Shown: positions 36,401 to 47,092 of the stretch, in pieces
Position numbering within the stretch: position 1 is the stretch's first letter
How the letters are laid out: every line of letters begins with the position of its first letter
Origin: Hormiphora californensis
Lineage: Eukaryota > Animalia > Ctenophora
Direction of reading: 5' to 3'
Length of the DNA: 64,000 nt
Assembly (NCBI GenBank): GCA_020137815.1
Contig: CM035354.1
Location: 8,308,001 to 8,372,000, forward strand
The notes under the pieces: generated by a model
What the model was told of the DNA's origin: nothing
The model's database searches: none
The model's input: only the letters and a program-made list of their open reading frames with translations
Made by a program: the position numbers and the translations under genes

Positions 36401-39400
36401 CATGAATGTAAAGATTGTGGTAAAAGGTTTGCTGAATCATACAATCTAAAAACACACCAAAGAACGCATACAAGAGAACGTCCATACGAATGTGAACAGT
36501 GTGGAAAATGGTTTACCAGATCTAGTAGCCTTACAGTTCATCAGAGGATCCATACTGGAGAACGGCCTTTCAAATGTAAGGAATGTGGAAAAGTATTTAC
36601 CTGTAATAATGGTCTTAGAAATCACATCTTGAGAACACATATATTTTGTCTGGTCTTTTATTGTTTTGATAATTGCTTTGAATTGTAACCCTTATCATTT
36701 CAGCTGGGTTGTTAACGAATCTGTACACCCCGGAAAACAATACTTGTGATACATCAGATGAATATCAAAACGGATCAACTACACTGCCAAATGGACAAGT
36801 TTCAGAAAAGAGGAAATCTACAATCGGGACCTCAAGAGAAAATACTTTCGAATGTGAGGAATGTGGCAAAAAGTTATCAACATCTAGAGGTTTCAGACGC
36901 CACTATAAGATACATACGGGAGATCGGCCTCATGAATGTAAGGATTGTGGTAAAAGGTTTGCTGAATCATATAATCTAAAAACACACCAAAGGATCCATA
37001 CCGGAGAACGTCCATACGAATGTGAACAGTGTGGAAAATCGTTTACCAGATCTAGTAGCCTTACAGTTCATCAGAGGATCCATACTGGAGAACGGCCTTT
37101 CAAATGTAAGGAATGTGGAAAATTATTTTCCCGTAATAAAGGTTTTAGAAATCACATCTTGAGAACACATACAAACATATTTTGTCTGGTCTTTTATTGT
37201 TTTGATAATTGCTTCAAATTGTAACCCTTATCATTTCAGCTGGGTTGTTAACGAATCTGCACACCCCGGAAAACAATCCTTGTAATACATCAGATGAATC
37301 TCAAAACGGATCAACTGCACTACCAAATGAACAAGTTTCAGAAAAGAGGAAATTTACAATCGGGACCTCAAGAGAAAATACTTTCGAATGTCAGGAATGT
37401 GGCAAAAAGTTATCAACGTCTAGAGGTTTCAGACGCCACTATAAGATACATACGGGAGATCGGCCTCATGAATGTAAGGATTGTGGTAAAAGGTTTGCTG
37501 AATCATATATGATTATATATAATCTAAAAACACACCAAAGGATCCATACCGGAGAACGTCCATACGAATGTGAACAGTGTGGAAAATCGTTTACCAGATC
37601 TAGTAGCCTTACAGTTCATCAGAGGACCCATACTGGAGAACGGCCTTTCAAATGTAAGGAATGTGGAAAAGTATTTACCCATCATAATGGTCTTAGAAAT
37701 CACATCTTGAGAACACATACAAACATATTTTGTCTGGTCTTTTATTGTTTTGATAATTGCTTCAAATTGTAACCCCATTGTAACCCTTATCATTTCAGCT
37801 GGGTTGTTGACGAATCTGCACACTCTGGAAAACAATTCTTGTGATACATCAGATGAATCTCAAAACGGATCAACTGCACTGCCAAATGAACAAGTTTCAG
37901 AAAAGAGGAAATCTACAATTGGGACCTCAAGAGAAAATACTTTCGAATGTAAGGAATGTGGCAAAAAGTTATCAACGTCTAGAGGTTTCAGACGCCACTA
38001 TAAGATACATACGGGAGATCGGCCTCATGAATGTAAGGATTGTGGTAAAAGGTTTGCTGAATCATACAATCTAAAAACACACCAAAGAACGCATACAAGA
38101 GAACGTCCATACGAATGTGAACAGTGTGGAAAATCGTTTACCAGATCTACTACTTATTATACTCACATGATGAAACATACGGGATACGGACATTTGATCA
38201 TTCACGCGTTGGTTTGAGAATTTCTAAAATCTGGGCATTTAAATATCGTGCTGTCAGAAAATCACCACTACTTCATCGTGTCAGTTTTTCTAATATAATA
38301 TCAGTTAAGACAGCTTAACTAATAGGTCGTCTCATTTTGAAAATAACTAGTAACTACCAGGATTGGCTGATAACTAGTCACGTGACCTAAATAATGAGTT
38401 CTGATTGGTTGTTTACTTGTTTCGGTCGGTTCCTGACAATAACTAGTAACTACCCAGTGGGTAGCACTGGTGACAGCTTTCTGAAGGGGTAGCCACCTCT
38501 AGGGGAGATTATCCCAGTTGTTCTACAACCGATTTTAGGGCGTTTAAAACATATCTTTCCTGGACACAACCGCACACCAAGTGGTCTGGACTATCAAGTA
38601 TATACATCAGGGGGAACCCACTACACCTTTTAGGGAGATTGGACCACTGCCGGGGGGAGGGGGGATACCCACCTTTTGATTGAACCACTGCCGGGGGGGG
38701 GGGGATACCCACCTTTTGATTGAACCACTGCCGGGGGGGGGGGGGAGAGGGATACCCACCTTTTGATTGAACCACTGCCGGGGGGGAGGGGGGATACCCA
38801 CCTTTTGATTGAACCACTGCCGGGGGGGGGGGGGGAGGGGGGATACCCACCTTTTGATTGAACCACTGCCGGGGGGGGAGGGGGATACCCACCTTTTGAT
38901 TGAACCACTGCCGGGGGGGGGGGGGGGGAGGGGGGATACCCACCTTTTGATTGAACCACTGCCGGGGGGGGGGGGGAGGGGGATACCCACCTTTTGATTG
39001 AACCACTGCCGGGGGGGGGATACCCACCTTTTGATTGAACCACTGCTGCACTCTCGATTTATCAACACACACTCACACGAAACAAAGAATGGTAGAGCTA
39101 CTATAATAAACCATATGGAATCAACACACACACACTGCATGGGTGGGCTAACTTGGTTAGACATATCACACACAATAGCACAACCCTGTCTCTTTCATTA
39201 AACAGTGCACACAGTACTCAGTACATGTGCCACCGCCTCTTCAGATGTCAATATATCCCAATACACCACTTATTTGAATTTAACCCAAACTAAAAAATGT
39301 CACTGATTCTAAGCAATATTTAAAACCAAAATACAGAACATAAACATCTCCCAATGAATGCGAAATAACACAAAATCACCCCAGCCCAAACTTACCCTCT

Positions 39401-41640
39401 CCCCGTTGGTGTCGTTTCCTTCTGCTCAAGGTGTTGGTTAGAGTATCAATCTTAGCAGAAAAGGACCTATCTCTGGGCCCTTCATCGCTCTTGTTTGAAC
39501 TCACTGATCCCAAATCTCTCCGACTTGACATAGACATGGTACGATGATCCTAGATAGAAACGAAGGAATGGAGGGTGTTTAGGGGTAAATCTGAGATAAA
39601 ATGTGGTGGAAAAAGGAAAACTGTGTCAAATCGGGGACACAGACACTTCAAAATCAGGAAAAAGTGGGGAAACGAGAAAAGGAAAATCACTCTGATCATT
39701 GAGATTGTATGATGAAAACTGCACAAACTCACACACATGGAATCACACACCAAAAACTCACCAAACTGGTTTTGATTTTGAAGATGACCTGAAAAACAGT
39801 CACTCGCACAAAATTGGGACTGGAAAGGAGTGGGAGGAGAAGATGAGAGGGGGGGGGGGGTCAGGAAAAACATGTTGGTTTAGTCATGTAGGAATAAATA
39901 TAGAATAATGCAGTCAAATACAAGTATACATGTGCGTTATAAAACTTAAAATTATATGTGCTCTCTTCTCTCTCTCTCTCTCTCTTTCTCTCTCTCCTAT
40001 ATCCCTCTCTGTCTTTATCTTTCTCAGCGTCAATAGCGTCTTTGTCATGCTACAATATTACTTTGATAACTGTCATTATGTCAAACGAATATATTTACAC
40101 ATAAAACGAATTTACAAAACACCTCTTCCCAAAAATTATGTTTACCAACTACCATTTCCTTCGGTAATTTCGGAATGAACAATCCCGCTGTCAATTCCAG
40201 TCTGTATATATAATATCCGATACACATGTTCCCAGGAACCGACCGATACAGTAAACAACCAATTAGAACTCGTTATTTAGGTCACGTGACTGGTTATCAG
40301 CCAATCAGGGACCCGTATTTCCTGATTCGGTCGGTTCCTGCATGCCCCCACCCCATTCACCGGTTGTTTATGTTCTCGCAGCGACCAGCGCTCACGATAC
40401 TCGTACGTCCAGAACCCATTGACATCAATCAGAATGCTGACTATGATGTCGCCCTGACCACAATTTTATCAAATCTTTAGTGTGATCCGTTCAGGTTCTG
40501 CTGGTTTCACCATGTCACCCTACTCGTTTTCTTCGCTCCCTTTGTTGTCACTGCACCCGGCGGTGGGCTGTTGCGTCGGTGTTACACTAGGGTCTAACCC
40601 CTTCACCGTAGTGGCGGCTAGTACACTCGCCTCCTCACGCACTAGGTCCAGGGCGTCGATCCTGGTCTGCGGGGGGAGGGGCCACATGTGTCAAGTCAAC
40701 CAAGCTTTCGATTGGTAGGGGCTCTAGTGACGGAGAACGAACAGCAACACGGGTGCGTATGGTGGGGTAGCGCCCGGCTACGCTTGCAGCGAAAATCTGC
40801 ACCGGAAGGACCCGTGGCTGAAACCCATTTGAAAGGGATATGCACCAGGCACCGGGATTTATCCTAGCCCCGTCCCTGCTTTTTGAATTTGTATCTGCAC
40901 AAAAGCAGTAGTGTAAGCTGACTTCCAGCTTGTTCATGACGCAAAACGTCTCACTTTTGGGACTTCGCCCAATTATTAAGTTCCTATCTTGTGACATTCT
41001 AAGATACTACGTCCTGGCTCTGACTCAACTGACTCACTGTACTTCGTGATACGACACATACACTCTCTCTCTCTCTCCTCTGAAAATGAGTAGAATGACC
41101 TCACTTAGAAATCAGCTCAGCTGATAAAGTTGTGTAGGGCGCGAAGACAGACATACAGACTTGTGCGCGCGATATCTTGACCATGTGTGCGCGCGTGTGG
41201 ACATTTGTGTATAACTTCCGACATGTACATAGTGTTAGGATGTACAATTTTAACGCTTTTCAGGTATTCCGTTCATAATTGGTAACCGTTAACATTCTCC
41301 TTCCCCTAGGTATTGGTTTCCAATGGTTCTCGTTGCAAACAAGATGGATTTGAAGAACCCGAAATCAGTCAATGACAGTCAAATCGATGCTGTTACGAAA
41401 AAACTTAATGTAAGTTTCACCCTATTCAAATCGACTTAAACTTCCACGGTTAGATTTTATCTGTTGTCTTCCAATTACCTAGTTCGATCTCCCAACTAGT
41501 GCCCTCTCGTGAAGACAAGTGCCAAGGATCGAATGAATGTGGACGAAGCATTCTATGAGCTAGTACGACTCGTCAGAAAGAACAAGAAGGGTCGTGGAGG
41601 AGGTGGCGGAAAATCAAGAAAATCATGTTGTCTGTTGTGA
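31425..41640 (+). CDS. R-Ras/TC21/M-Ras subfamily GTPase; exons 31425-31552, 31668-31714, [G3 exon not found], 41310-41409, 41500-41640
   Basis: [21 protein letters not shown]; YDPTIEDSY; [12 protein letters not shown]; [22 protein letters not shown]; CAAX box SCCLL*. Confidence 0.85.
31745..32050 (-). mobile_element. Possible retroposed fragment (LINE/SINE 3' end with poly-A tail)
   Basis: Complex ~280-bp segment ending, on the minus strand, in a ~24-nt A tract inside the Ras intron. Confidence 0.4.
35804..38217 (+). CDS. C2H2 zinc-finger gene: IKxE-rich first exon (35804-36095) followed by four tandem ZF exon cassettes (acceptors at 36174, 36704, 37240, 37799)
   Basis: HTGERPY/F linkers; 4+4+4+3 fingers; each ~530-560-bp unit carries the acceptor CCCTTATCATTTCAG|CTGGG. 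Confidence 0.9.
38358..38435. mobile_element. Internally deleted copy of the CAGGAACCGACCGA MITE
   Basis: Reverse-complement match to 40233-40310; flanked by the direct repeat AATAACTAGTAACTAC. Confidence 0.8.
38640..39048. repeat. Minisatellite, ~10 copies of ACCACTGCC(G)nAGGGGGATACCCACCTTTTGATTGA
   Basis: Visible tandem units with a variable G tract. Confidence 0.95.
39396..39549 (-). CDS. Exon of an unidentified gene antisense to the Ras intron ([47 protein letters not shown])
   Basis: Acceptor TTTCTATCTAG, donor GTAAGT, open frame throughout. Confidence 0.5.
40233..40340. mobile_element. 108-bp MITE (hAT-like) carrying an E-box and CCAAT boxes
   Basis: TIR CAGGAACCGACCGA/TCGGTCGGTTCCTG; imperfect 8-bp TSD CATGTTCC/CATGCCCC. 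Confidence 0.85.
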
Positions 41641-42280
41641 AGATGTTATATTTGTACCGTGTATATTGTTGTGTGAGATATATTGAACGTTGAACAGAGA
41701 ATTGAAGGAGAGATGCAATTCGTTAATTGGTTAAAGGACTGAACATTGTTGATACCGAGAGTGAGAAACAAGTTATATGAATCGTAGTGAGATTTTTTCA
41801 AGAAGATGAATCAATTGTTTTAATTTTCCAATGGTATCCTCCACCCTAACTAAATTAAAGAACCTGATCTAAATGTAATGTGTTAGTCAATATATACAGG
41901 GTTCACACGGTGCAGTATTATCATTACACACCTTTTTCAAATCGCACACAGCAGCTGAAAAAACGTGCCAATAACTTTGTGCAAAATAAGTGTTAAATAA
42001 ACCATAAACGAAACTTATGTGCCTTCTCACTCTCAGTCTCTCTCTATATCTCTCTAGTTTTTTCAACTTTCATTATGTTTCATAATATCAGCAGTTTCAC
42101 TTTGCTGCTCTTTCTTGCTCTAACGCATCTTTCTCTCTTGTTTATACATTTCTTTTTATCTCTGTCAATAATGTGCAAATAACAACAGCAACAACTTATT
42201 CACCAAATATCCTTTCATGTTCAATTCCAATCTAACAAAGTATCTCGTGACAACTTCTTCCCACTACATCTCACAGTTTG

Positions 42281-45200
42281 TTAGTTTGTTATTGTTACAT
42301 CGTGTCTCTTTTCCAGATCCCTCAAATCCTGTAACACCCGGCTGTTGCTAAGGTAGCGATGCTGTAGCGTTTGGTGGACATCAAACCTGTCGATAGGCTT
42401 CACAACCAGCATCCGGTTCAGGAGGTCTTTAGCTGGAGAAATGTAGGGTTAGTGTCACTAATTTAGAAACAGCCATGCTGTATCATATTATGGAAAGAAC
42501 TCAAATATAATCAGCTATATTCAATTGTATTACCTTCACTCGATATTTGTTTCCAAGGATTACTAGGGTACATGAATGAAGCATTGTTGATCTGATCACA
42601 GATATCCTCATCCTCATTGAATGGGAAGGTACCGGACAGTGTCACATATAACACAACACCAGCCGCCCAAACATCAATGTTCCTGTCCCAGTTACAATGT
42701 GATATCACCTCAGGTGCTGGGAGGGTTAGGAGTTTAGATAGGGGAAGAATGGGATTAAATCTGGAGAGAATTAAAGAGCTGGCCCGATCAGATCAGGAGT
42801 TGGAATTTGGAGTTTGAACATTTTCAAAGTCAAATGTGATCCCTAAATCTACCAATAGTTACTCACCCAGATATGCAGGTGTTCCCACCATGCTCTGTCT
42901 GAACTGATTCACATCAATTATCCGGGCATACCCGAAGTCACACAGTTTAACTAGAGGCATGGGGGCATCCTCGGCTAGCAAGACGTTCTCAGGTTTCAAA
43001 TCACAGTGCACAATGGCTTGGGAGTGGAGGTACTTCAAAGCAAACATTATCTGAATGAGAGATAGAGGGTTTAGCATGGTTCATTTTTCTAAAATATTAC
43101 TGAGTGTAGTGTTCATTAGCTATACTTTGAGTTTGACATACAGTTACACAATGAGTACCTGTATAGTGAGAAGACAGGCGACCCGCTCATCTAGTCTGCC
43201 CTGTGGAGAGTTGAGAATCATCTCCAGCATGTCACTATGCATCCGCTCCATAACAACAAACAACTTGACATCCGTCTCAAAGGTGTTCTGGAGAGGGGAT
43301 GACTGTTATTAGGGGTTCTGTTGGAGGGGGAAATATTACAGGAGCGGGGCCGGGGTTGCTTCGGATATCGTGGTAGGGGTGAGATTATTATTCCTTTGCT
43401 TGAGGGCTGTCTGGAACAAAAAGATCAAATCAGAACAGATGTCTGCAATTTACTAACCATCATGGCCACTACACAAGGGAAACTGGCCCGTTTTAGAATC
43501 TTAACTTCGTTCTCAATTGTGTTGTTTCTCCTTTGAGCTCCGAAATGATCTTTCTTGATTATCTTAACTGCTGCTTTACGACCTAATCACAACGATATTA
43601 ATTTCACAGTCTATCTCTCTCTACGAATTAAGAGGTTAATTTAGCGAGGTATCAGATCACAATGGTGTAGTACCTGTTTGCCGGTTGATAGCTCCGTAGA
43701 CCGCCCCAAATTGACCACTCCCCACCATGTCATCTATAAAGATCTGGTAGACTTCACTGATATCTCTCTTGTCGATGGTGGGGAAGGATAGTTCCTGGTG
43801 TAGCTTCTTGTTCTTCCTGGATCCTGAACATGATGATCCTATGGGTTGGTTAGTCTCAGGCAAACCCAATCACACGGACAATCAAAGAGGGAGGGAGGAT
43901 GCTGGTTTATATTCATGATATTAATGTACGTGCTATAAATAACATGTTCATGCGAGAAAAGAAGAACAGAAAGTACGAAGTCTATGGTTTACACAGACAC
44001 AATTTCAGGTGGAAAGTAAGGAACCATGCTTATCTTGTCAGAGAATAGTTAGCAAAGATGGGACATGTTTTATAGAGGTGCTGTGAGAGACATGCTCCTA
44101 ACCTGTAGATCTCTTGACACTACCACATCTTGTCTTCCTCTCTTCTTTGTTGTATTGGGGCATCATCGCCTGAACTATGGCATCAGACCATTCAGTCTTC
44201 TTACTCGTCGCGGCATCAGCAGCCACATTAGAACTCTGATCAGGGGGATGGGTTATAGGGGGGCTTTGTCATAGAGGGGGGGGGGGGCTGTATTACAGGC
44301 CACAGGGGGGGGGCTTTGGAACTGCACTTACAAATGAGTAGACAGTAATCTTCCCGTGGTTAGTATGAATATCAAAAAGAGCTCCGTTAGTGGCCTCCTC
44401 TTCTAGAAAGTGTATCTCATTGACAGGGAGATCCTTTAGGTAGACAGTCCCTGGATCCTCGCTTTCATAGAAGGTCAGGTTCTTGCTGCTCAGAACCATA
44501 AACACAGGCAGAGCATCTTCGCCAAGTTTCTATTGAGAGGAAGGGAGTTGTATTAGGGTGTAGAGAGAGTGATAACCCCTTACTCAACCAGTAAAGAGAG
44601 GTGTCATTCAATCGCCATGTTTTTGGGTTGTCGATCTGGCTGCGCCGACCCGATCTGAGCCAGACAGATTTTGGGTGGATAATAAAAAGCACTAAACTGA
44701 AACATACCTCGGAGATATCAAATTTGACCTTCATCCACCCTTGTTTAATTATCTTGCTCTGCCTGTGTGTCTTCCTGATGCTGACACATAACCGCTGTAC
44801 AGGTATCATGGTATCAGACAGTGGTCCACCGGATGAAGTGGTATTGTTGTTTCCTCCATCACCCAGTTCCTCTAGCGTGGTAGTACTGGAGACACTAGAG
44901 GTGTTAGTGTGAGGAGGATGTGGGGGATAGAGAGGGGGAGGAGGGGATGCTAAATCAAACAGGTGTGTGTGGAGCATGATTTGAGACCATGCTCTCTCCC
45001 ACTCATTATAATACACACCCAGCAGATCTATCAGTATCAATCAATCACACGAACAAATGTATATAAAGAAGATCTAAGAATAGGATTTCATGAACACAAG
45101 ATTTCGGTGTTGTGGTGTGATCTTGTGCTGTCTAGTTCAGTTGGCTGGCGATAAGGAGAGATGAGGTGCAAGAGAGAGAGAGAGAGATAAATATCACACA

Positions 45201-47007
45201 TGATTGATGAAGCTGATCACACACACATTCCCACACACATCCCCACACCTCACAAACCCTGCACGGTGACATGATGGTATACATCAATGCTGCACATAAA
45301 CAAACCCATTGGAAACTTCAGCGGCCGGGAACACGCCGTGAGAGCGAGACATACACACGGGGCATTGATCGTCGCACCTCGGTAAATCCTTGAGAGTCAT
45401 ATTACTGACGGCCTTCTCCAGACTGTGTCGCTGACCCAGGTTCGGGGTTAGAAATAAAGGGCTGCTCCTCCTCTTTCTCGTCATGTTGGTTACAGAATGG
45501 GTCGTCTGCAGTGGGTACCACAGAGGTATAGAATGTAGACTGACCCACTGTCCGACCACTAGGCTTCCTTTCAGCTCCACCCTGTTGTACTGCACCCACC
45601 CTGCTCACACAGTCACACTTTAGTTAATCACACACTACACACTTGTGATACATATCACACTAGATTCACACATTGTACTTGACACGGCTCGCTAGATATT
45701 CATCTTGATACATGGGTTATATAATCTGCAGTTATATGGTTCACTTAACAGGCTTCTATCTCTCATGTCACACACATGATGGGATTGTCACATGATTTAA
45801 ACAATGAACATAACGACATGGTTGGTGATATAATATATTAATACTATCTTCTAGAAGGATTGCTGGTTGAGTGTGTGTTGGGCGAATACACTTCCTAATA
45901 TGGTAAGATCTGTTTACTCAATTGTACTCCAGTTAATAACTAATGTTATGTATCATGTGTTCAAGCCCCATTCCACGGCTCAGACATTATATTTATCGCT
46001 TTACAACTACAAAAAGGAACTGTACGCTTGTACAATGTACACATATAGCCCACACGAAGGGGAGGGATGGGTAACAGATGTTTCTCTACACACAGAGCGG
46101 CCCGGGGGCTATGTTCTTACCTAAAATCGTTGACAATAGTCGATTGGTTGGACTCTGAAAAAGAGAGAAGTGTGTGAGTGGGGTTGAGACAAGAGAGAGG
46201 GGTGTATTAATCAGCTTTTAAATGGCGAGAAATAGCTGTGGCAATATACGGTGTGTACTCATTGTCTGTCTGTTTGAGGCTGCTGAAAGAATGCTCTCTT
46301 TTCTCATTTCACGTGCTTTATAAACCGTGCGCGTTGTGGGCCGCGCGCACGGTTCACAAATAGCAGTTTAGCGCGCTACTGAAAGTGTGCAGGGGTGGAA
46401 TCAGCGGGTTTATTGGGACCTTCTTCCTCTCGGATGGTGGAAATGTTAGCAGGGCCCCATGAGCTAATCGTCTCCTTTAGATCAGGAGCATCTGGGAGGG
46501 CCCACGATCCTCGTCTTACAAGGGGCGCTGTCTTGTCTGTTTGTTTGTCTGTTGGTGTAGTCGGCTCGCTTCCTAACATTGTACACATGGGATTATAATT
46601 GCACGGGGTTAAATGGGGCAATACAGGGACCTAACTGATAACTGTGTCCAAACTATGTTGAAGGGAGTTAGTATGATGATCCTACCTGAATTAGTGGAGT
46701 AGTATACAAACATCTCCCCTTGGCAATTATCACCAACTTTTTTACAGCAGTCCCGGTGTGCATTGTACTTGCAATCTTTACACCGCATGCCCTGCCTTAT
46801 CAAACCCATCAGCTGAAAAAGAGGAATGTGACCCACGGGGATGATAAATTTTATGAAGGAGCGTGATGAGAGACAAATCTATTGTTGAGACATACTCAAC
46901 AGAGATCTCTCTGCATCAGTCCCACCTGCACACAAAGGAATACTGTAACGCTAGTTTGTACGCGTGTGTGCACTACAATGTGCGTGTTTCCTGTGAGCGA
47001 GATAGAT

Positions 47008-47092
<85 letters not shown>

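Noticed and set aside
38509-39173. Long repetitive ORFs, and a CRISPR-like look of repeats with variable spacers
   Set aside because: The spacers are only G-tract length variants, with no unique spacers or cas genes, in a eukaryotic context
40635-40997. 120-aa minus-strand ORF
   Set aside because: No motif and cannot be joined in frame to the 39549 exon; more likely 5' UTR of the antisense transcript
41264-41281. 18-nt possible Ras micro-exon before exon 41310
   Set aside because: Would need a 28-nt intron and insert residues with no counterpart in Ras proteins; probably chance
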